From IMG/VR virus record IMGVR_UViG_3300020814_000535: a stretch of DNA of 64,000 nt. One strand, 5' to 3'. Shown piece after piece: positions 43,374-53,814 of this stretch. The first letter of the stretch is position 1. Each line of letters starts with the position of its first letter. The position numbers and the translations under genes are program-made. Under the pieces are notes generated by a model, which was not told where the DNA came from, did no database searches, and worked only from the letters and a program-made list of their open reading frames with translations. The stretch comes from a virus (lineage: Duplodnaviria > Caudoviricetes).

Positions 43374-45445
43374 CTTGGCCTTCTGTGGGCCGTTCTGGCT
43401 TGCGATTTGTGCGTTGTTAATTATGCTACTGTTTGAGTTAAGTGATTAGAGGTTCTTGTGAAGGTAGAAGGAATTCAGTGTGATTACTGTCCAAAAATTT
43501 CAGACAGAAATGAGATACTAGAATGTTCTTTGTGCGGATCTGACGTATGTAAAGATTGCGCAATTATTCTAAGGTCCGAAATGCGCCGATTTAATGGGCA
43601 GCGCGTTGTTGATTATGAACTTAATGATTATGTTTGCGCAAAGTCTTCTATCTTTTGTCCCCATTGTGCAGAAATTCTTTTTGAAAAACTAGCCGAATGG
43701 TATAAAGAACAGCTCACTAACTTCCGAGAGGAGCCGTGACTTATTGGCCAAAAATAAACCCGTTAGCAAAAAGCAGGCGCAGAAAATGTTAACCGAACTT
43801 GTAGACTTTGATGTTACTTCAAAAGAAGAAGTTCTTATCATTATGCGCTACAATCTCAAGACCGCTTTTGCTGACGCTGGTTTGTTTGGCTCGGAAATGG
43901 AGACGGATGATTTGGCCGAGTTGCTTGACGCGCTAAAGACGATGCTGGTTGGTCAGGTTCGCAAGGACGAAGCCGACGAGAAAGAGGAAAAGATTCTGAA
44001 TTAGATGCCTGGATCCTACAAGACTAACCTGGGAACAGGTTTTGTCTTTTCTACTAAAGATAAAGGCGAGTTCAAAGCTTCTGGATTAAAAGTGGGAAGC
44101 ATAAATATCTATTCCGACAACACTGGGCCTTTTAGCAATCCCCTTTTTGGCGAAACTCTTACGGTTGGTGACAGCTACTGGGAATGGAAGCCTGTTCTTG
44201 AGAATGGGGTTCAAACGGAGGCTTATCAGATAGTTTCGATTCCAGCGGTTTCGGCAACGGAAGAAAAACCTAAGTCCCTAGATCTCAAACAGTTAAAGGA
44301 AGAGATGAAGGATATTTTGTCTCCCGCTGAGGAAGACGAGGCAACGTCCAAACTTGCAGATATTCTTTCTATCCTGGAGGGCAGAAATAAACCAGCTCTA
44401 GACTTTTGGCAGAAACAAAAGGATCGGTTGGTTGCTTTGGCTGAGAAATATTCGGTTGAAGCTCTGTTGGTTACGCCTCCCGGAAAACATTCGGGCAAGG
44501 ATGTAATTCGAGAAATTTCAGAGCTGATGCTTTGTATTGCCGCCAAAATTCCTCAGGCCACTCCCGATTTGGTTGAGTTAAGAGAGAAACTTGAAGCCTT
44601 TGCTCGTGACATCCTCATCAAGCAGGATGTCGACTTGTTGGTTCTGCAAAAATTTCTACTCTATCTAACTGGTTTCGATTTTGGAAATCAGCTGACAGCA
44701 GTTTGGAGTGCTTTTTTATCTCAATCTCTGATGCATCGGGAGTTCGAGGCGACCTACGAAGAGACGTTGAAGCGAGCTATTGATTGTGCGCACAGGAATG
44801 CCTATGATGAAGCTTATTCGAGAGCGAAGTCCGAGGTTCATCGGGAAATTCAATCCGAGTCGAAAAAACTTCTTGATCAATGGAAAAAAGAAGAGTTAGA
44901 TAGAATGTATGAAGAGATGTGGAATAAGATGATGGCGAGCAAAGATAAGGGTCTTAAAGAGGCTATCATTTCATCGTTGCTTGGAGAGGAATAGGGTAAG
45001 TCGTCCTAAAGGTTTGCGTGTCAAAACACCGCGTTTCTGATTCCTATCTAGACTATCTCGGTCGAAATCCCAAATGTCCCAAGAAGCGTTGTACGGGTTG
45101 GCTGATCCCTGTCCTTGTGAGCTACAAGGGCAAACCACCAATCTGGGAGTACGAGTGTACGCTTTGTGGGAAAGTCGTTCGCCATCCACCATCCGATAAG
45201 CCAAGGAAAAAGGTTTTTTCACATGAAGCTCGAAGAGAAGATTCAGAGCAGTCCTGATTGCGTTGTCTTTGTTCTCTTGAATGGAAAACGAGTTCTCGAT
45301 CCTTTGGACGCGGATGATGGCGAGGGCTGGGTTGAAGTAGAAGACTACGAAGCAGTAGCTCCACCTGTCGAAATGGAAGAAGCCGAACCTGACTTGAGTA
45401 CCGATCTGCCTGAGTCGATTCAGTGTCTTCCGGTTAAGCGACTCT

Positions 45446-46165
45446 ATGGCCAAGTTTCGTTTGCCTGTCTACATGCAAAAACGCACTCGTAAAAAGCAAC
45501 AACCCAAAACTCCCAAACCCGAAGAGCTTCTTTCTCAGCTGATTAGTTCGTTGGGTAGTCCATCTCCATCGAATGGAGACCTAGATGATTCCGATTTGAA
45601 CGACGATGGTTTTTCTTATCTGGGGGAACAGCTGGCCAAGAAGGGGATCTTCTTTCTCTCTGGCGAAGTGAACGAAAGTATTCAAAGTCTCATTTCGTTG
45701 TTTTTGCTGAAGCAAACAGACTTGGAGTGGAAAGACCCCCTGAGGCTTTATGTGAATTCTCCTGGTGGATATACGGCCAGTGGGTGGTCCCTGGTTGACT
45801 TAATGGGCTGGATTCGTGTCCCTATCATTACGGTCGGAATGGGGCTGGTCTGCTCGATGGGGACCATCATTCTTGCGGCGGGGACTCCAGGGAATCGTTA
45901 CATTATGCCCAATACAGAGATTATGATTCACCAGCCGTCGTCCAGTACGGGCTACGGAAACTACTCTCAGATCTTGGCGGCTACTGAGGGCATTCAACAG
46001 GAGTATGACCGACACGTTCGCTTCTGGATGCGAGTCAGCAGATACAAGACCAAGGGAGATGTCGAGAAGCATTTATTGAAGAAGCTCGATCACTTTCTGA
46101 CACCCAAAGAAGCTTTGAGCCACGGCATTGTTGATGGTATTCTTGAAAAGGACTCGAGTGTCTGA
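45446..46165 (+). CDS. clpP: ClpP protease proteolytic subunit
   Basis: YVNSPGG, CSMG (Ser), MIHQP (His), DHFL (Asp), G.VD. Confidence 0.93.
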   Translation: MAKFRLPVYMQKRTRKKQQPKTPKPEELLSQLISSLGSPSPSNGDLDDSDLNDDGFSYLGEQLAKKGIFFLSGEVNESIQSLISLFLLKQTDLEWKDPLRLYVNSPGGYTASGWSLVDLMGWIRVPIITVGMGLVCSMGTIILAAGTPGNRYIMPNTEIMIHQPSSSTGYGNYSQILAATEGIQQEYDRHVRFWMRVSRYKTKGDVEKHLLKKLDHFLTPKEALSHGIVDGILEKDSSV

Positions 46166-46841
46166 AGAGCTAGAAAAGATTAATATTACAGGGCTAGAGA
46201 AAGCCTCGTTCTCGTGTCCGTCGTGTGGGCATAAGATTACCCAGGATAAAGTCCAGGAATCAGCAGCTATTACTCCTGACACCTCGATGTTCTTGACCCT
46301 GGTTTGCCCGAAATGCGAGACTGAATGGATGCCTCCGACATGCGGCTGGATTCCAGAAAGACGAAATCCTCCTGAGCGGGAACGCCGACAGACTGTAGTG
46401 ACTGTCCCTGCGGCTCCACGAGGACGTCCACCTCGTCCCTCCGCACCCGCCCCAGCACCCCAAGCCTCCCGACCGAGGCCCGCCTCCATTCCCGATGTCG
46501 AGGAGTTGATGGCATCTGCATTGAGGGAGAATGATGACAGCGACGATTCTGAGTGATATCATTAATAGAATTACAGATATTCTCAATGAACATCCATTAG
46601 ATCCGGCAGAGATTACAGTCCTCTACGGGAAATTAGGATACGTTCTTGGCGCATCAATTGAAGGCTTTACCTCTCAAGGACCACCTCTTGAAATTCTTGA
46701 AAAGGCATATTACACTGCTCCGTCGTTAGGAGTCAGTCTAATGTTACAAGGCTTGTTAGTTGAGGGTTGGGCAGAAGATTGGAAGTTAAGGCCAAGTAGA
46801 AGCAAAATTTTGGAAGAGTATCAGAAAAAAGGAGAAGAAGA

Positions 46842-47366
46842 ATGAGACCCATTAAGTTTGTTGTTTACAAAAAGTCTTCGGCAATGCAGTTTGCTTTGGT
46901 GCCCGCGAATTTCGTCTGTTCAGAGAATCGGCGTCATCGCGTTAAGCAGGTCGAAGGTGAGGCCTGCACGGAACAAGGCTGTTCAGGCAAGGCTGTCTCT
47001 CAAGAGGGAGTCATCTTTGTTGATATTGCTCCAGCTACAGGACCCCAACAATACGACTGGTCTAAGAAGATTGTGTTTGCTCTCTCTCACGGCAATGTAG
47101 CAGAGTTGCTTCACGCCATGCGCTATGGTGTCGAAGCCAAGCTGGTCCATGATCCAGGAGCAAAGTCAGAGAAGGCGGGACAAGTTGTAAAGTCCTTCAA
47201 TATGACGTTCCCCAAGAAGCCTCAGGAAGGTTGCATGGTCCATGTGAACCAGTCCGACAAAGCCGGCGAAAAGAAGAATTACTCCATTGGTTTTTCAGGT
47301 AGCGAGATTATCGCCCTATCTACTCTTTTCCTCTCGGCTCTACCTAAGATGCTCGCGTGGGAATAA
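46842..47366 (+). CDS. Whirly-family ssDNA-binding protein
   Basis: VYK..SAM, EG.IF...AP.TG..QYDWSKK.VFALS, HDP, VVK, LP.ML.W, colinear with the plant Whirly domain. Confidence 0.8.
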   Translation: MRPIKFVVYKKSSAMQFALVPANFVCSENRRHRVKQVEGEACTEQGCSGKAVSQEGVIFVDIAPATGPQQYDWSKKIVFALSHGNVAELLHAMRYGVEAKLVHDPGAKSEKAGQVVKSFNMTFPKKPQEGCMVHVNQSDKAGEKKNYSIGFSGSEIIALSTLFLSALPKMLAWE

Positions 47367-47908
47367 TGAAGTTTCTAAATGACTTTCTGTGTTATCTGCA
47401 TGATATTCAGAACGGAGTCTGGGGCATTCATGATGTTTTAGTTCAGACCGCCGATGTTCTTCTAGCTATCAATAAAAAGATAAACTCTCAGGAGTCTAAT
47501 GTTCCTGTAGTTCTTCCTGAAGTAACCTGTCCAGAAATGATCTGTATGTTTATCGACAACCAAGCGGTTATTGTTTTGCAAGCACCAGGGACAAACCCTG
47601 TTTCTTATTCGCGAGCACTCCTAGCTGAAAATTCGGTTGATGAAGATTACATTGCTATGCTTGATTTGATTTACGATGTAGCCAATCGTTATGTATTGTT
47701 TGGCCCAGGAGAAAAGATTCTTCTTCACTTGCCTCAATCTTTTAGATTGATTCCCTACAGCTATCCTAGCGAAAGGAAATTGTCTAGGAAATTGCACAGC
47801 ATTCACAGCGATGAGAGATTTGGCAATACCACAATTTACTTCTCAGAAAGAACTCCTCTTTACGAGCCTTACTATCAATATATTCTTCAACAAGATAAGG
47901 TCTAACTA

Positions 47909-48262
47909 ATGAGTCTTACCGTCTCAGGTATCATTGGCATTTCTTCAGAGATCGAAGAAGTGACGGTAGGAGAGTCAACGTTTTTCAATTTTGAAGCCGC
48001 CTCTCCAGACCACCGAAAGCCTAACGTGAGGCATAAATACCGAGCAAGTATTTCGGTCTCAGCCAGGGATCTCGAGGAGGCGCGTGGGAAACTAAAGAAG
48101 GGCAAAGTGATTTTACTTCATGGCGGAAGTTGTATTTGGTCTGCCGAAGAAGTTGAGAAAGACGGCAAAAAGAATATTTACAATAGACTCCGTATGAGCT
48201 GGCGAGACATTACCGTCCTTGGATGGTTCAACAATCCAAGAAGTGAATCAAAGGAATCGTAA
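47909..48262 (+). CDS. OB-fold / SSB-like protein
   Basis: SSB-like strand pattern (VSG.I, F.F, LKKGKVI..G). Confidence 0.45.
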   Translation: MSLTVSGIIGISSEIEEVTVGESTFFNFEAASPDHRKPNVRHKYRASISVSARDLEEARGKLKKGKVILLHGGSCIWSAEEVEKDGKKNIYNRLRMSWRDITVLGWFNNPRSESKES

Positions 48263-48878
48263 TGGCAGCTGACAAGGACCGCAATACTGTCTATCTCTTT
48301 AAGGACAAGGCAAGACGAACCGTCAATCTGGTTACTCAAGAGGGCAAGGAATTAGACTTCAATCAGACGGCGACAGATCTGGTTGAATATGTTCTGGACC
48401 AGATTTCTACAAATGACGGCAATGAGATTAGGGACGGCTACTATCTGCTGAACATTTGTTTTGGCACTTTTGCTGTGGACAAATTGGTCTCCGGCCTGAA
48501 GACTCTGACCATTAGCGATCTTGATGATTTGGCCGCCAAACTTATCACGGTTGGTATGGTCCTGTCAAAATACATTGATCAAAACAAGCTGAAGATCGAA
48601 GTTGCAGATAGCCCTCTTACGGAAACGGAAGCATTGGCGAAAGAGCGCCAGCTCATTGCTTCAAACGTTCTCTCGATGGGTATGAGCACTTACGGCTTGA
48701 CTCGAACTCAGGTAGCCGCTACGATGTACGAACTCGGGCTCATTCTCGACGAAGATCTGGAGGCGTTAAACCTGTCCAAGGAAGACGTTTGCAAGGAGAA
48801 TGTTAGGAAGGACTTGTTGAAGGCCTTTGACCTCGAGCCCAAGAAAAACGAAAATCCTTTCAAGAAAAATTAACCTGA

Positions 48879-49463
48879 GTGCCACGAATCGCCATCCTTA
48901 CAACCGACCTCGATTCAGCTCAGCAAGACTGGCTTAACAAGACTCTTGCTTTTTATAAGATAGAACCGTTCGATATCTTCGACGTCTTGAGATATCGACC
49001 CCAAGATAAATTGACGGAAGAGCATCTGGTTGTCCTGGCATTTGGTCAACGAGCCAATCTTATCTTTAAACAAACTTCTAGCTCAGCTGTTCTCTCGCGC
49101 GAGTTTCCCGCTATCTCAAAACTAAAAGGAGATGACAAGATTGCTCGTGCGGAGGCAGCCAAACTCTTCAAAGAAGTTCAGGAGAAACTTCCCGCTATTC
49201 TCTCTGTCGCGCCAGCCAAACAAAAACCTTTGGAACACGTTCTCTCGGTAGAAGCAGTAAGCAAGGTTTGTAGATTGGAAGCTCCTGAGAAAGGGCAGAC
49301 GGTCGTTGCAAAAGTGGGGAATACGATAGTCGAAGTGGGCGAAGAACAGAGATTGCCAGAGAGTATCTTTCTTACCCCAACAGATCTTATCTCCATTGGT
49401 GAGCTGATAAAACTCTTTCCGGGTTGCAAAATTTCCGTTCTTTCAACGAGAAGCAAAAACTAG
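48879..49463 (+). CDS. Hypothetical protein, possibly a degenerate UDG-like fold
   Basis: VVLAFGQRA...FP segment resembles UDG family 4 C-terminal motifs; catalytic motifs absent. Confidence 0.35.
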   Translation: MPRIAILTTDLDSAQQDWLNKTLAFYKIEPFDIFDVLRYRPQDKLTEEHLVVLAFGQRANLIFKQTSSSAVLSREFPAISKLKGDDKIARAEAAKLFKEVQEKLPAILSVAPAKQKPLEHVLSVEAVSKVCRLEAPEKGQTVVAKVGNTIVEVGEEQRLPESIFLTPTDLISIGELIKLFPGCKISVLSTRSKN

Positions 49464-49481
49464 ATAAACAGGAGAGAGATA

Positions 49482-52037
49482 ATGACTACGGGCGGACTTC
49501 AGGTTATCACCAAGATAACCGATCTTGTGAAATCTCACGCACCTTTAATCTATGTTGTCTCCGATGAGGAACAACGACTGACCGAGCTGTTGGTTGAACG
49601 AGTGGCCGAACCACTGAAACGAGCCGTCTATCGTTGGTCCTGTTTTCGTGGTTTACAGGGGTTAAAGTCTACGGTCCTGGAGGATAAGACGGATTCTCGT
49701 CAACTCCCGGATGCCTTGAAAGTTATCAATAATCTCAAGCTGCCCTCCAATTCTCGAGGCGGAATCTTTTTGATGTATGACGCCCATTGCCACCTGACTC
49801 CGATTGTGGCAAGGCAGTTGAGAGATATTTATTTTGAATTGATTCAGGGGCCAGATCCCAAGGTCAAGTCGAGTCCCAAGACCATTATTTTTATCAGTGG
49901 AATTTTGGCACACACCTCAGGCGGAATTCGAGACGGCCTAGAACCCAGCCTGAAGACCCATGTCGAGGTCGTGGATTTTCCTCTGCCGGCCCGTTCCGAG
50001 CTAGTAGAGAGTATTAACCTAATCATGGAGCCAGTTGTCGAAGCCGAAGAAGCGAGAAAGAAAGCGGGCAAGCCGGGCACCAAAAAGAGAGTGGACTACT
50101 CGCCCGATGAAATTCAAACTTTTAGTCGTTCTTTGCAAGGTCTTTCACTCATTGAGAGTGGCCGAGCTATTTCTGAGTGTTTTTATTCACATGGTCAGCT
50201 TGATGCTGAAGCTCTACTTTGGAAGAAGAGGCAGATTGTTAGAAGGGACGATATCCTAGAAGTTATTTCTGATTCTGTATCAATGAACAATGTGGGTGGA
50301 TTGGACGAAATCAAAAAGTTCATTGATATGTATGTAGATCAGTTTTCAGATGGAGCCGAGGGATTTGGTGTTGATCCGATCCGAGGAATCATTTTGGCCG
50401 GGGTGCCTGGATGTTTGGGCGGCGATACGATTATTCAATATAACAGAGGTTCGCGAGCCGGATACAGAAAGCTTAAGCTGAAGACATTCTATAAGAGATT
50501 TAATAAGTTCCATAAAAACTGGAGTGAAGATTTAGTTACTTATACTTACTCGTTTGATATGGAAGGCAAAGTTGTAAGGAATAGGATCCTTGGTGTTTTG
50601 GAGTCTGGTAAAAAACAAGTTTTGACTCTGTCGACAAAGAAAGGACGAAATCTTACTCTTACTCCAGATCACCCTGTCTGTATAACCTCTATTGAGGACG
50701 GAGTTGCGACACATAAGTTTGTGCCCGCCAACGAGTTAAAGGTCGGCCAACAAATTCTTTGCCAGGGGAGCATGAAACCTCGAAAGAATGGGGGCAAGAG
50801 GATCCCTGACCGTTCACTTCGCAAGTTTGTAGAAACTCTAAAGTATCATCCAATTGCTTCTGAGCACATTGTTAATGGATGTGTCTATCAACGTTGTACC
50901 TTTGCTAGGTTGGTTGTTGAAGCCCATATGAACTCAATGTCGCCAGAAGAATTGGTTAAGGCGCTTCAAACAAACGAAGAAAAAGCAAAGACGCTCAAAT
51001 ATCTGCCGAGTAATTATGACGTCCATCATCTCGACGAGAATCAATCAAATGATAAATTAGAAAATCTAATGATACTTGAGCACGATGAGCATTCGCGCCT
51101 GCATTCAAAGCTTTGTAATTTTAACGTCGATTATTTGGATGACGACTTTATTACAGAAATAAAAGATGCTGGCGTTCAAATGACCTACGATATCCAGATG
51201 GATTATCCACACAACAATTTTGTTGCCAATGGAATCGTCGTTCATAATTGCGGGAAATCGCTGCTTGCAAAAGCCATTGGTTCCTATTGGAAGTTGCCCG
51301 TGTTGAGATTGGATATCGGCCGAGTGATGGGCGGAATTGTCGGCTCGTCAGAAGCCAACATGCGAGCAGCCCTGAAGACTTTGGAAGCCGCATCTCCCGT
51401 TGTTTGCTGGCTGGACGAAATTGAGAAGGCTCTGAGTGGTACGGCCAGTTCGGGAATGTCGGACGGAGGAACTCTATCGCGAGTCTTTGGGACTCTGTTG
51501 ACCGCAATGGAAGAGCGGATGAAGGGAGTCGTTTTCGTTGCCACGGCAAATGACGTCTCAGCTCTGCCCCCAGAACTAATTCGCCGATTCAACGAAGTCT
51601 TCTTTGTCGATTTGCCAAAGGCTCAAGAACGGAAGACGATCTTTGAAATTCATTTGGCCAAGCGTGGAAGAGACCTGGAGAAGGTTGATGTAAACCTGGA
51701 TTATTTGGTCAGCCTTACCAAGGGTTTTACGGGTTCTGAGATTGAGAAGGCTGTCAAGGAAGGAATCGCGCGGGCCTGGAGAAACAAACTGAAGGACGTC
51801 AATACGGAGTCTATCGAGCTAGCAATTCGGTCGACCAAGCCGATTAGCGACATGATGAAAGATAAGATTCAGAAGCTTCAGGAGTGGGCCAAGAGCAGCG
51901 CTCGAAGTGCTTCCTCTTTCACCGATGAAGCCGTTGTAGTAGAGCCAGGAAAAATCAGCAATCTACCCAACCTGACAATGGCTGAAGAGGAAGATGAAGA
52001 TGAGGCCGAAACGGGGAAGAATCGAAATGCCAACTGA
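49482..52037 (+). CDS. Ycf46-like AAA+ ATPase with intein
   Basis: EE.R, VGGL, GVPG|CGKS, GIVGSSE, WLDEIEKA, ATAND...LPPEL.RRF. Confidence 0.9.
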   Translation: MTTGGLQVITKITDLVKSHAPLIYVVSDEEQRLTELLVERVAEPLKRAVYRWSCFRGLQGLKSTVLEDKTDSRQLPDALKVINNLKLPSNSRGGIFLMYDAHCHLTPIVARQLRDIYFELIQGPDPKVKSSPKTIIFISGILAHTSGGIRDGLEPSLKTHVEVVDFPLPARSELVESINLIMEPVVEAEEARKKAGKPGTKKRVDYSPDEIQTFSRSLQGLSLIESGRAISECFYSHGQLDAEALLWKKRQIVRRDDILEVISDSVSMNNVGGLDEIKKFIDMYVDQFSDGAEGFGVDPIRGIILAGVPGCLGGDTIIQYNRGSRAGYRKLKLKTFYKRFNKFHKNWSEDLVTYTYSFDMEGKVVRNRILGVLESGKKQVLTLSTKKGRNLTLTPDHPVCITSIEDGVATHKFVPANELKVGQQILCQGSMKPRKNGGKRIPDRSLRKFVETLKYHPIASEHIVNGCVYQRCTFARLVVEAHMNSMSPEELVKALQTNEEKAKTLKYLPSNYDVHHLDENQSNDKLENLMILEHDEHSRLHSKLCNFNVDYLDDDFITEIKDAGVQMTYDIQMDYPHNNFVANGIVVHNCGKSLLAKAIGSYWKLPVLRLDIGRVMGGIVGSSEANMRAALKTLEAASPVVCWLDEIEKALSGTASSGMSDGGTLSRVFGTLLTAMEERMKGVVFVATANDVSALPPELIRRFNEVFFVDLPKAQERKTIFEIHLAKRGRDLEKVDVNLDYLVSLTKGFTGSEIEKAVKEGIARAWRNKLKDVNTESIELAIRSTKPISDMMKDKIQKLQEWAKSSARSASSFTDEAVVVEPGKISNLPNLTMAEEEDEDEAETGKNRNAN
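50412..51248 (+). mobile_element. Intein (279 aa) with HNH endonuclease, in Walker A
   Basis: CLGGDT start, LTPDHP block B, VHHLDEN..ND..NL HNH, HNNFVANGIVVHN|C. Confidence 0.93.
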
Positions 52038-52893
52038 ACATTTTCATGTGCCAATCATTATGTGGCAGCCTACATTCGGGGAAGGACAATGTAATGGCTG
52101 TCCCGAACGGGGAGGCTGTTATATAGCGACCTCGCCATTTTGTAACCAATCGAATGGTACTTGCGAAGTAGTTCATGGGATGCTAAAAGGGGGTAATTTG
52201 ACGTGCGACCAACTGATTGTGGCTAATCAAAAGAAATATTTACACGACTACGTGGACCTTAATCCTAAAGTTCTTCATTTTGCGACAAGGGAAAGACTTC
52301 GGGATTCTGACGAGAATCTTGAGCTGGTGAGGAAACTAGATTATCTATGCATGCCATACGAAACTCTTGCTGGTGAAGGTAGGGTGAAGATAGAGAAATG
52401 GAGGCACTCTGGCTGTAAGATGGTCGTCAATATGATTGCTCCAGTATCTGAGGAGCAGTATTCATCTGAATTTGCCCCAGGAGTGATTAATCTGAACCAG
52501 TGGGCTGTTGATATACTCCATCTTATTCTTCGCAAACCTGCACTAGGGTGCGACTATCGAGTTTCGACATTACAGTATTATCAAAAAGCCATTGATCTTT
52601 TAAAGACGGTAGATCAAGGGAATGTTCAAGTAGTTCTGGATTACTGCTGGTCATGCATGTTGCGTGGGGCTGTTTGTGGGGCGGGAATCGATCGGATTCA
52701 TATCTGGCCGAACAGTGCAGTTACTGGTTGTCCTTACGATTCAACTGGAGTAACTTGGGGAAGTGCGAAACCAGAATTTGGATCTTTTAAAAGCAATTTG
52801 CGAATAGTTCTCAATAATCGTGAAGTTCATTCATCTCACTTTTGTAAGCTTAGAGAAGGCATGGTTAATGCCGGAATCAAGTTAATTACTTAG
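52027..52893 (+). CDS. Divergent radical SAM/SPASM-like protein
   Basis: CNGCPERGGCY N-terminal Cys cluster; CGAG.DRIHIWPN..VTGCPY. Confidence 0.6.
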   Translation: MPTEHFHVPIIMWQPTFGEGQCNGCPERGGCYIATSPFCNQSNGTCEVVHGMLKGGNLTCDQLIVANQKKYLHDYVDLNPKVLHFATRERLRDSDENLELVRKLDYLCMPYETLAGEGRVKIEKWRHSGCKMVVNMIAPVSEEQYSSEFAPGVINLNQWAVDILHLILRKPALGCDYRVSTLQYYQKAIDLLKTVDQGNVQVVLDYCWSCMLRGAVCGAGIDRIHIWPNSAVTGCPYDSTGVTWGSAKPEFGSFKSNLRIVLNNREVHSSHFCKLREGMVNAGIKLIT

Positions 52894-52901
52894 GAGTCAT
52901 C

Positions 52902-53456
52902 TTGCAGGATCCCATCACTCCTCACGACGAAGAAGAATCCAAAAAACTCCTCAACTCACTCCGAAAAGGAAAAGGCCTTCAAACCAAGACAGGCCAGCAG
53001 CTTCGAGAGAACTATCTGCTCGAAGGAAAATTAATCGTCGATTGGGAAAAAGACTTTATAATCACGATTCCCGTCGATCCTTCCCCTGCCGAGTGTCGGC
53101 AGCTTTTGGCCGCCATCTCTAATAAATATCAGGATGCGTCCCGACTCATGCGCGAATGCCAGCTGAGAAAATCCTCATTGACTTCTGTCTACAATTCAAG
53201 TTATACAAGAGTATTCCTTGAAGTCCTCGCCGAGTCTAAAGCGAATCCGGGAGGTGGAAGAGGACCTTCAAAGGAAGTGCTAGAACAGAAGGCAAAAGAG
53301 AAGGTGATGGAATATCAAGATGCGATTCGGCATGCCGAGATAGCTTTTAATTTCTTCAAGGGCATTTGCGACAAACTAAATCACGATAGGGAAACCTTGA
53401 AGAGCATTATTATCACCCATGGAACCGAAGCTAAATTAGTAGGAGCCCTATCTTGA
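52902..53456 (+). CDS. Helical coiled-coil protein (UvsY-like?)
   Basis: Long amphipathic helices; position among replication genes; function inferred only. Confidence 0.35.
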   Translation: MQDPITPHDEEESKKLLNSLRKGKGLQTKTGQQLRENYLLEGKLIVDWEKDFIITIPVDPSPAECRQLLAAISNKYQDASRLMRECQLRKSSLTSVYNSSYTRVFLEVLAESKANPGGGRGPSKEVLEQKAKEKVMEYQDAIRHAEIAFNFFKGICDKLNHDRETLKSIIITHGTEAKLVGALS

Positions 53457-53814
53457 CCACCGAAGAGACACCGACACAGGAGCTTGAAACACAAGAGGAA
53501 GAGATTGAGATTCCAGATGATACTATGTTGGGCTACATTGCGGGAATCACAGCGGACGGAAACTTCTTTCTAAATGTCATTGGGAGTCAGACCAAGGAAA
53601 CAATCTGGATGTTGCCGGGAATTCATTCTGCTGCCGGCAAGTTCTTTGATACCTTTATGGAAGAGAAGTTTAAGCTGGGTCCGATCAGCCGCATCAACGA
53701 GCTGAGTAAGTCTATCCGCAATATGTCGAATGTGGTTGCTAAGACCATCTCGCTAATTAGCCAGAAGATTCTTCCTGCCACCGAACCAGAACCCAAGTAA
53801 AACTGAATACTACC

